From a virus (lineage: Duplodnaviria > Caudoviricetes): a DNA stretch of 36,355 bases. The notes beneath the pieces were generated by a model. It did no database searches. It saw nothing but the letters and a program-made list of their open reading frames with translations, and was not told the DNA's origin. A program made the position numbers and the translations under genes. The stretch spans positions 1-36,355 of the IMG/VR virus record IMGVR_UViG_3300005764_000040. One strand, written 5' to 3'. This document shows, one piece after another, positions 25,578-32,611 of this stretch; position 1 is the stretch's first letter, and each line of letters opens with the position of its first letter.

Positions 25578-25738
25578 CGTGCACCGCCGTCGAAGCAGTC
25601 GAGGCAGAGCATGCGCGCGCGGCGCTTGCCTCGGCAGTAGGTGAAGCGCCCGCAGCAGGTGCAGGTCGTCGTGAGCGCGTAGGCGCTCTGCGACCATGCG
25701 ACCCAGAGGCGGCGCGCCTCTCGTTCGAGTGTCGTCAT
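25574..25738 (-). CDS. Small zinc-finger-like protein (not in ORF track)
   Basis: RBS GAAAGG; MTTLEREARRLWVAWSQSAYALTTTCTCCGRFTYCRGKRRARMLCLDCFDGGAR. Confidence 0.65.
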   Translation of the reverse strand: MTTLEREARRLWVAWSQSAYALTTTCTCCGRFTYCRGKRRARMLCLDCFDGGAR

Positions 25739-25883
25739 GGGTGCCTTTCGTGGTCGGGGAATTCAACAAGCACACCCGTATTTTATCGAACGGCGTTGTG
25801 GCGATTCGGCGAAAAGCCGCCCGCTTCCAGGGCTTTTCCGACAAAGCCCCTGCAAAAAATTCGCACTTGACACGGGTTTGCGG

Positions 25884-26165
25884 GTGAGGGCGCTCGCGGT
25901 CGCGATCGAGCTTGTGAGCTACCTGCTCGTGCCGCTCGGGATCGCGGCGGCGGTCCGGGCGTGGCTGCTGCGCCGACGGCGCGGGTACCGTCAGCGCGTC
26001 GACGTGATCGGGGGTGACACCGTGTACGACGAGACGACCGAGCCAGCCGAGCCAGCCGAGCCAGCCGAGCCGGAGCCCCAGCCCGACGAGGGCGAGGGCG
26101 AGGGCGGCGACGAGGCCGAGAGCGAGGGCGAGCAGGGCGGCGATGCCCAGCCCGCGAGCGCCTGA
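25884..26165 (+). CDS. Single-pass membrane protein with very acidic low-complexity tail
   Basis: Hydrophobic ELVSYLLVPLGIAAAVRAWLL, RRRR stop-transfer, then EPA repeats and a D/E/G-rich tail. Start uncertain; an internal GTG at 26022 has its own RBS. Confidence 0.55.
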   Translation: MRALAVAIELVSYLLVPLGIAAAVRAWLLRRRRGYRQRVDVIGGDTVYDETTEPAEPAEPAEPEPQPDEGEGEGGDEAESEGEQGGDAQPASA

Positions 26166-26250
26166 GCCTCGTAGACTGATCCCGAGCAGCGGGCGGCGCG
26201 TCGACGGTCACGAGACGACCTCTTCTGCGGCTCGCCGCCCCGCTCGCTTC

Positions 26251-26360
26251 TGACAAGCGCGCTTGTGTAATATCCCCCGGATGGGTCATACCCCTCGCGC
26301 GCGCGTAAGGCGATACTTCTCACATGATCGCTTGTGAGAATTCTACTGGGAGGTACAGCA
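26251..26360 (+). promoter_or_regulatory. Promoter/operator cassette, rightward copy
   Basis: ACAAGCGCGCTTGT (26253-26266), TTCTCACA-N8-TGTGAGAA (26317-26340), GATACT and RBS GGGAGGTACAGC. Confidence 0.85.
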
Positions 26361-26557
26361 TGAATCGCCCCGCGCACATCACCGATCTTCACGTCGAGCG
26401 CGGCGTGCAGATGCGGCGGATCGTCGCCGACGACGTCGCCCGCAAGGGCATGTCGTTCGAGGCGTCGGTCGACGCGCTCGCGGCGTACCTCGGGATCGAG
26501 GTCGAGAGCGTGAAGCTCGCGATCGCGATCGCGAATGAGTGGGGCGGCGCTCGATGA
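26360..26557 (+). CDS. Hypothetical protein, first gene of the rightward small-gene operon
   Basis: Strong RBS; MNRPAHITDLHVERGVQMRRIVADD... Confidence 0.7.
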   Translation: MNRPAHITDLHVERGVQMRRIVADDVARKGMSFEASVDALAAYLGIEVESVKLAIAIANEWGGAR

Positions 26558-26820
26558 GCGCCCCCCGCTTTCACCGCGTCGCCGCTGGCGACTACGAGAC
26601 GGCTGACGGGCAGTTTCGGCTCGTGCAGCTTGACGGCGGGGCAACCCGCGCGTGGAACGTCGAGTACGGCAATGACTGGGTCAGCGCTCGGGTCGACGAA
26701 GACCCCGAGCACGTGACGCCCTACGACTTCGACCTGATCATCGACGGCGCGGCGACGAAGCGCGATGCGCTCGCCCTCTTCGCCGTCTGGTACACGACTG
26801 AGAGAGAGGTACAGCGATGA
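26554..26820 (+). CDS. Small acidic hypothetical protein
   Basis: ATGA-coupled; FHRVAAGDYETADGQFRL...W. Confidence 0.7.
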   Translation: MSAPRFHRVAAGDYETADGQFRLVQLDGGATRAWNVEYGNDWVSARVDEDPEHVTPYDFDLIIDGAATKRDALALFAVWYTTEREVQR

Positions 26821-27668
26821 GCATCGACACCTACCACGACAACCCGCGCCGCGAGGCGCACCTGCTTCTGCAAGAGGCGAAGAATGCGATCGGGCTGGGC
26901 AAGCCCGAGCTTGCGATCGCGAAGGCTCAGCAGGCGGCGTCGGTCCTGACGCCGCTCGTCGCCCGCTTCGAGGTCGGCGACGAGATCAAGCACCGCGACT
27001 CGACGCCCGAGAGCAGCGGCGACTTCGTCGTCGACGTGAAGACCGAGAGCGGCGCGGTCGTGTACACGATCCGCGACTCGCAGGTCGGCGACGACTTCGA
27101 GAGCGACGGCAAAGGCTGGGTCAAGTACGACGAGTGGCTGCCGCGCGACGACCGCCCTCGGCGGCACCTGACCGTCACCTTCGACGTGACCGACCTCGAC
27201 GAGAGCGAGATCGGCGCGCTTGAGCTTGAGGCGGTCGTGCAGGGCGAGTCGTCAGACGGGCACCCCGACGTCGAGGTCGAGAGCAAGCTCACCCCCGAGC
27301 CGCTGACCGAGACGGTCACGCGCGAGCCGCGCGATGTGCTCAAGCCCGGTGACGACGGCAGCGGCATCTTCTACGCCGACGACGAGGGCGAGTGGGTCGT
27401 CACCGACACGGCGACGCTCTCGCCGCAAGACGCCGTCGACGCGCCCGTGCTCTGGCGCGGCAAGGCTGCCGACGCGCTCGGCGCGCTCGACGCCTACGCC
27501 GAGGGCGAGGGCTTCCCGCCCTACTCGGACCTGATGAGCGACCCGAGCCTGAGCCGCGAAGAGCGCGAGGGCTGGGTCGGCCCGGTCGAGGCCGACGGTC
27601 GCCGCTGGGCGATCATGACGAACTTCACCGTGTGGGCGGTCCCGGTGGGCGAGGGGCGGTCGTCATGA
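26817..27668 (+). CDS. Acidic multi-domain hypothetical protein (283 aa)
   Basis: RBS GAGAGGTACAGCG; visibly D/E-rich; appears to be several small domains in tandem. Confidence 0.8.
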   Translation: MSIDTYHDNPRREAHLLLQEAKNAIGLGKPELAIAKAQQAASVLTPLVARFEVGDEIKHRDSTPESSGDFVVDVKTESGAVVYTIRDSQVGDDFESDGKGWVKYDEWLPRDDRPRRHLTVTFDVTDLDESEIGALELEAVVQGESSDGHPDVEVESKLTPEPLTETVTREPRDVLKPGDDGSGIFYADDEGEWVVTDTATLSPQDAVDAPVLWRGKAADALGALDAYAEGEGFPPYSDLMSDPSLSREEREGWVGPVEADGRRWAIMTNFTVWAVPVGEGRSS

Positions 27669-27973
27669 GCCGCGACCGCGAGAATCTGAGCGCCGCCGAG
27701 CGCCGCGAGTACGAGGCGCTGACGGCAGAGCAGCAGCAGGGCTACCGCAGCCTGCGCGAGTCGTCGGTGCCGCACGACGTGAGCATCGCGACCGTCACGG
27801 GCGAGCTTCCCGACTACTCGCAGCCCGAAGACGACCTGCGCGAGTCGCCCGCGACCGCGAAGGCCGAGGGCACGCTCGAAGGTGCCGTGCTCGTGCTCAA
27901 CGCGGCGGGCTTCACCCGCGCCGAGATCGTGTCGATCGTCGACGCGGCGCTGCGCGAGGCGGGTGCGTCGTGA
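27665..27973 (+). CDS. Hypothetical protein
   Basis: ATGA-coupled; MSRDRENLSAAERREYEALT... Confidence 0.65.
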   Translation: MSRDRENLSAAERREYEALTAEQQQGYRSLRESSVPHDVSIATVTGELPDYSQPEDDLRESPATAKAEGTLEGAVLVLNAAGFTRAEIVSIVDAALREAGAS

Positions 27974-28266
27974 AGTACCGCTACCTGATCGAGCACGGCG
28001 TGCCCGACCTCACGGTCGTCGACGGCGAGCTTGTCGAGCTAACGCTCTGCCTGACCGTGATCACGCCCGACGACGACACGGGCAAGACCAACTACGAGCG
28101 CTTCGTCGACGTCGAGGCGGCGCAGGCTCGCGCCGTCGAGTACGAGCGCAACCTCAACCCAGAGGTCACGCTCAAGTGGAAGCCCGCGCCCGAGGCGTGG
28201 CAGCCCGACGCGCTGCTCGTCTCGCAGTACCTCGACGACGGCGTCGAACCGAATCGAGACGCCTGA
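27970..28266 (+). CDS. Acidic hypothetical protein (98 aa)
   Basis: GTGA-coupled; typical codon usage. Confidence 0.7.
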   Translation: MKYRYLIEHGVPDLTVVDGELVELTLCLTVITPDDDTGKTNYERFVDVEAAQARAVEYERNLNPEVTLKWKPAPEAWQPDALLVSQYLDDGVEPNRDA

Positions 28267-28466
28267 TGAGCACTATCCCGAGCGGGCTGACCGAAGAGCT
28301 TGCGCTCGCGCAGGCTCAGGTCGTCGAGTATCAAGAGCTAGCGCGTGACCTCTGGCGCGGGCGCTACTACCAGCGCGCCCGTCACTACTGGGCGCACGCG
28401 AAGATCGAGCGCGAGTACGTCGCCGAGCTTGAGCGGCGGCTCGCAGAAGGCGAGGTACAACGATGA
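28266..28466 (+). CDS. Hypothetical helical protein
   Basis: TGATG-coupled; MSTIPSGLTEELALAQAQVVEYQELARDLW... Confidence 0.65.
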   Translation: MSTIPSGLTEELALAQAQVVEYQELARDLWRGRYYQRARHYWAHAKIEREYVAELERRLAEGEVQR

Positions 28467-28633
28467 GCAGCACCGAGCATCGCCAGCGCGCCGACGAGCT
28501 TGTCGCGCAGGCTCAGGAGATGATCGACAAGCGCAAGCTCGGCGGGCTGGGCGCGCAGCAGGCGACCCTCTTCGCGACGCTCGCGCTTTACCATCAGCGC
28601 GAGGCGGATCGGCTCGAAGGCGGTGCGTCGTGA
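28463..28633 (+). CDS. Hypothetical protein (56 aa, not in ORF track)
   Basis: RBS GAGGTACAACG; MSSTEHRQRADELVAQAQEMIDKRKLGGLGAQQATLFATLALYHQREADRLEGGAS. Confidence 0.65.
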   Translation: MSSTEHRQRADELVAQAQEMIDKRKLGGLGAQQATLFATLALYHQREADRLEGGAS

Positions 28634-28851
28634 TCGTCGTCAACACGGGTCACGGCTACGTGACGAGCTACCGCGAGGCGTGGCAGAGCGACGACGGCAG
28701 GCCGGTGCACACGTGGCGCACCGACGGGACCGAGCCGCACGACTTCGGCACGGTCGAGCAGGCGCAGACGTGGGTCGACGGCGTGATGCACCTGCTCACG
28801 CAGAAAGAGCGCGACGCGGAAGGCTGGAAGATCGAGCAGGTCGCGTCATGA
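28630..28851 (+). CDS. Hypothetical protein
   Basis: GTGA-coupled; MIVVNTGHGYVTSYREAWQSDDGRPVHTW... Confidence 0.65.
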   Translation: MIVVNTGHGYVTSYREAWQSDDGRPVHTWRTDGTEPHDFGTVEQAQTWVDGVMHLLTQKERDAEGWKIEQVAS

Positions 28852-29087
28852 CCGAGACGATCAAGCCCCAGCGCGGGCGACCGAGCGCCGACCTGACGGC
28901 GAAGCGGCGGGTGCAACTGATCAAGCTCGCCGAGCGGCTGGGCGTCGCCGAGGCAAGGGCGCGCGACCTGCGGGTCGATATCGGCAGGGCGGCGACCGAG
29001 GCAGCCGCCGAGGGCGCGTCGCAGCGCGCGATCGGTGAAGCGCTCGGCATCAGCCAGCAGGCGGTCGCCGAGCTTCTGAGCCGATGA
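28848..29087 (+). CDS. Small HTH protein (Aca-like position)
   Basis: N-terminal RGRP; C-terminal GASQRAIGEALGISQQAVAELL HTH. Confidence 0.8.
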   Translation: MTETIKPQRGRPSADLTAKRRVQLIKLAERLGVAEARARDLRVDIGRAATEAAAEGASQRAIGEALGISQQAVAELLSR

Positions 29088-29293
29088 GCGAGCGAGCGCG
29101 TCTCAACCTGACGACCGACGACCTCGACGTGCTGCGCCGTCTCAGCGAGGCGCAGCGCGACCTCGGCACGCTCGCCGACGACCTGCTGCTACGTCGACGC
29201 GGCACGAAGCGCGCCGAGCGCGAGGCGATCGGGCGCAAGCTCAACGCAGTGAAGGCGTCGCTCAAGTCGGTCGAGCTTCGCCTCGGCGAGTAG
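29084..29293 (+). CDS. Hypothetical protein (69 aa)
   Basis: ATGA-coupled last gene before the terminator. Confidence 0.65.
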   Translation: MSERARLNLTTDDLDVLRRLSEAQRDLGTLADDLLLRRRGTKRAEREAIGRKLNAVKASLKSVELRLGE

Positions 29294-29313
29294 ACTGCTC
29301 AGCGCTGTACCTC

Positions 29314-29347
29314 GACGAGCGCCGCCCTCAGGCGGCGTTCGTCTTTT
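29314..29347 (+). terminator. Intrinsic terminator
   Basis: GACGAGCGCCGCC-ctca-GGCGGCGTTCGTC stem followed by TTTT. Confidence 0.8.
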
Positions 29348-29366
29348 CGGGGGTACTCTGCGGGGC

Positions 29367-29678
29367 GTGACTGAGCTTGCGCCGATCGTGCCCGAGCCGC
29401 CTCGCTTGTTACACGCTCGGTCGGAACTGGGCTACACCCCGAGCGTCGCCCTCGCCCTACCCGACGAACCCGAGGCGGTGCCCGAGCAGACGCAGGCCGA
29501 GATCACTCGCGAGGCTGCCGTGCGTGATCGCTTGCGCCGCCGACGTGAGGCGCAGCGCGCGCTCGATCAGATGCGGCCCGTGCTCGACGAGCTTGTGCGC
29601 GTGATCGGGCTGGAGCTCGGGGCAGAAGTGCGAGCGCTCGTGCGTGACTTCGAGCGCGTCGAGCGCCGCGTCGCCTGA
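29367..29678 (+). CDS. Hypothetical protein (103 aa)
   Basis: ORF with typical codon usage between the terminator and a structured intergenic region. Confidence 0.55.
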   Translation: MTELAPIVPEPPRLLHARSELGYTPSVALALPDEPEAVPEQTQAEITREAAVRDRLRRRREAQRALDQMRPVLDELVRVIGLELGAEVRALVRDFERVERRVA

Positions 29679-30011
29679 CGAAAAGACGGGGCACCGCGCG
29701 TCGGTCATAGACGTGACCCGAAGGTGACGTCGTATGCCGAGGGCAGTACCCCGAGCGCGGCACCTTACCCGAGACGACGACGAGCGCCGCAGCGCCCGTC
29801 GACGGTGACTTGCTGTCGTTCCCGCTCGTGACGGTAGCAGTGCGGCTCGCCCCGGTGATCAGCGTCTTGCAGGCCGCGCCTTTTCATCTGCACACCTGCG
29901 CGCTAGTCTGAATGCGCAGCCCGTGCAGGCATGACCCGAGCACATAGCCCTCGGCGACCGCTAAGCGTTGTAGCCGTAGTGCGCCCTCGGGTCGACACAT
30001 GAGAGGGACCG

Positions 30012-30149
30012 ATGCCGTACACCGTGCGCAAGGGCAACGGCAAGAAGCCGTACAAGATCGTCAACAAGACGACGGGCAAGCAGGTCGGCTCGTCGAGGTC
30101 GAAGAGCAAGGCGCAGAAGAGCGCGTCGATCCGTAACCGCTCGCACTGA
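30012..30149 (+). CDS. Small basic protein (45 aa, not in ORF track)
   Basis: RBS GAGAGGGA; MPYTVRKGNGKKPYKIVNKTTGKQVGSSRSKSKAQKSASIRNRSH. Confidence 0.75.
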   Translation: MPYTVRKGNGKKPYKIVNKTTGKQVGSSRSKSKAQKSASIRNRSH

Positions 30150-30320
30150 GTGGGAGAGGGTGACGACTTCGACGCCGAGGCAGAAGTCGACGCGGTGCTC
30201 GCCTCGCTCGCCGAGCGCCTGCGCGATCAGGCCGCGTGCGCCGCAGAAGAAGGGCGGGACGTGCTGGCCCTGCTGCTGCGTGACATGGCCGACCGCATCG
30301 ACACCGAGCGCCAGCAGTGA
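30150..30320 (+). CDS. Small acidic protein (56 aa, not in ORF track)
   Basis: MGEGDDFDAEAEVDAVLASLAERLRDQAACAAEEGRDVLALLLRDMADRIDTERQQ; GTGA overlap with the HNH gene. Confidence 0.55.
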   Translation: MGEGDDFDAEAEVDAVLASLAERLRDQAACAAEEGRDVLALLLRDMADRIDTERQQ

Positions 30321-30748
30321 GAGCGCGCACCGTCTGCTCGTACCCAGCCTGCCCCGAGCCAGCCGTCGCACGTGGTCGCTGCCGTGCTCACCGCCGCCGC
30401 CCGTCGCTGCGCTCGCACTCGTACCGTCGGCTCGCTGCGCAGGTGCGGCGCGAGGCTGGGCATCGCTGCGAGATGAAGGGCTGCGGCGTCTGGGTTCCGA
30501 AGGGCAAGGGCGCGGTCGACCACGTCGTGCCCGTCGTCGACGGCGGCAGCGACGGGCGCTGGAATCTCTGGCTGCTCTGCGACGAGTGCCACGCTGAGAA
30601 GACCCTCGGCGACAACGCCCGCCGACGCGAGCGCGAGCGCGCGGCTCGGGGGGTGGGGGGGCATCAGTGCCTCGGCGATGTAGGCGCAGGCGCGCCCCCT
30701 GCGCGCGAAGAAAAGCCCGCCCGAACTGGCAACGACCGAAAGGCTTGA
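30317..30748 (+). CDS. HNH endonuclease (packaging-associated, HK97 gp74-like position)
   Basis: CEMKGC...VDHVVPVVDGGSDGRWNLWLLCDECHAEKT; immediately upstream of the terminases. Confidence 0.9.
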   Translation: MRARTVCSYPACPEPAVARGRCRAHRRRPSLRSHSYRRLAAQVRREAGHRCEMKGCGVWVPKGKGAVDHVVPVVDGGSDGRWNLWLLCDECHAEKTLGDNARRRERERAARGVGGHQCLGDVGAGAPPAREEKPARTGNDRKA

Positions 30749-30750
30749 GC

Positions 30751-31197
30751 GTGACCGAGCGCAAGCGCGTGAGTCGATCGAAGCTGACGAAGCCGCTCGT
30801 CGACGAGCTTGTCGAAATTCTCAGCGCTGGCAACTACATCGAGACGGCCTGCCGCTCGGTCAACCTGCCGCGCGGCACCTTCGACACGTGGCACGCGAAG
30901 GGGCGCAGGGGCGAGAAGCCGTACGCCGACTTCGTCGAGCGGATTGATCAGGCGCGCGCGCTCGGCGAGATCGCGAAGGTCGCGAAGGTCACTGCCGCCG
31001 CCGACGACGACTGGCGCGCGGCGGCGTGGCTGCTTGAGCGGCAGTACCCGGACCGCTGGGGCAAGGCGAGCATCACCGCGCGCCCGCACCGAGCGACCCA
31101 GCCGCCGCCCGTCGAGAAGAAGCCCGAACCCGTAGCCGACGACCCCTTCGGGGAGGTTGACGAGCTTGCCCGCAAGCGCCGCTCGATCGCGAACTGA
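30751..31197 (+). CDS. terS: Terminase small subunit
   Basis: HTH-like GNYIETACRSVNLPRGTFDTW and WRAAAWLLERQYPDRWG; position before TerL. Confidence 0.75.
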   Translation: MTERKRVSRSKLTKPLVDELVEILSAGNYIETACRSVNLPRGTFDTWHAKGRRGEKPYADFVERIDQARALGEIAKVAKVTAAADDDWRAAAWLLERQYPDRWGKASITARPHRATQPPPVEKKPEPVADDPFGEVDELARKRRSIAN

Positions 31198-32611
31198 GCT
31201 ACCCGCCTTCGTGCGCTTCTGCGCCGCGCTGACGCTCGAAGAGGGCGGGGCGCTCAAGATCGAACCCTTCCAGCGACGGCTACTGGCCGACTACTTCGAC
31301 GGCGTGCGCGAGACGCTAGTGCTGCTCTCGAAGAAGAATGGGAAGACGACGCTGCTCGCGGCGCTGGCGCTCTGGCATCTGATCCGCACGACCGACGCCG
31401 AGTGCGTGATCGGGGCGGCGAGCCGCGATCAGGCGACGATCCTGTACGACCAGGCGGTCGGCTTCATCCGACGATCGGAAGGGCTGCGAGAGCGGGTCGA
31501 GGCGAAGCGCGGATACCGCGAGATCAGGTCGACGAAGCACGCGGGCCGCATTCGCGTGCTCGCCGCCGACGTCGACACCGCCGACGGCGTGATTCCGACG
31601 CTCGCGCTCGTCGACGAGCTTCACCGCCACAAGTCGGCCGACCTGTACGGCGTCTTCCGCGACGGGCTAGGGCCGCGCAACGGTCAGATGATCACGATCT
31701 CGACGGCGGGCGCGCACGAGCAGTCGCCGCTCGGTCAGATGCGCGCCGCCGCCCGCAGGCTGCCCTCGACGCGCAAGGGCCGCTACCTGCACGCGCTCGC
31801 CGACGACGGCGCGTACGCGCTGCACGAGTGGTCGCTCGACGAGGGCGACGACGTCGACGACTTGAAGGTCGTCAAGCAGGCGAACCCGGCTTCGTGGCAG
31901 ACGGTCGAGCGGCTGGCGCAGCGGCACTCGTCGCCGAGCATGCTGCCGTGGCAGTGGGCGCGCTTCGCCTGCGGCATCTGGATCGGTGCCGAGTCGTGGT
32001 GGGTGAAGGGCGAAGAGTGGCAGGCGGCGATCTCGAGCTCGGGCTTCGATTCGGGCGAGGCGATCGCGATCGGCTTCGACGGCTCGCGCTTCGGTGACGC
32101 GACCGCGATCGTCGGCTGCCGCCTGAGCGACGCCCTGCTGCAACCGCTCGGCGTCTGGGAAGCGCCGCGCGGCGCGCCCGACTGGGAAGTGCCCGCAGGC
32201 GCGGTCGACGCCGCGCTCGCGCAGGTGATGAACGGCTACCGCGTCGCGCGCGGCTACTTCGACCCCCCGCTCTGGCAGAGCGAGGTCGACGGCTGGGCGC
32301 GCGAGTACGGCGACCTCGCGGTGATGCGCTACCCGACGAACCGCGCGCGCATGATGGGCGCGGTCGAGCGCTTCCGCACCGATCTCGTCGCGGGCCGCAT
32401 CCCTCACAACGGCGACCCCGTGCTCGCCCGTCACGTGCTCAACGCGCAGACGCGCGAGGCGCGCGGCGGCTACTGGCTGTCGAAGAATTACGACGGGTCG
32501 CCAGACAAGATCGACGCGGCGGTCGCCGCCGTGCTCGCGTACGAGGCGCGCTGCGACGCGATCGCTGACGGCGCGCTCGAACCGAAGCGAAAGCGGGTGA
32601 TGAGCTTCTAA
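31157..32611 (+). CDS. terL: Terminase large subunit
   Basis: Walker A SKKNGKT, Walker B ALVDELH, coupling motif ISTAG, nuclease IGFDGS and KIDAAVA; TTG start with RBS GGGGAGG close upstream. Confidence 0.96.
   Translation: MTSLPASAARSRTELPAFVRFCAALTLEEGGALKIEPFQRRLLADYFDGVRETLVLLSKKNGKTTLLAALALWHLIRTTDAECVIGAASRDQATILYDQAVGFIRRSEGLRERVEAKRGYREIRSTKHAGRIRVLAADVDTADGVIPTLALVDELHRHKSADLYGVFRDGLGPRNGQMITISTAGAHEQSPLGQMRAAARRLPSTRKGRYLHALADDGAYALHEWSLDEGDDVDDLKVVKQANPASWQTVERLAQRHSSPSMLPWQWARFACGIWIGAESWWVKGEEWQAAISSSGFDSGEAIAIGFDGSRFGDATAIVGCRLSDALLQPLGVWEAPRGAPDWEVPAGAVDAALAQVMNGYRVARGYFDPPLWQSEVDGWAREYGDLAVMRYPTNRARMMGAVERFRTDLVAGRIPHNGDPVLARHVLNAQTREARGGYWLSKNYDGSPDKIDAAVAAVLAYEARCDAIADGALEPKRKRVMSF

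Noticed and set aside
24790-26360. Mirrored cassettes as ends of an invertible segment or transposon
   Set aside because: Identity is patchy and tied to RBS, -10-like and operator elements; there is no transposase, target duplication or similarity to the candidate attP. Read-level inversion has not been excluded.
29679-30011. tRNA or known riboswitch in the intergenic regions
   Set aside because: No cloverleaf with T-loop and D-loop consensus, and no riboswitch consensus that I recognise; kept only as an unassigned structured region.
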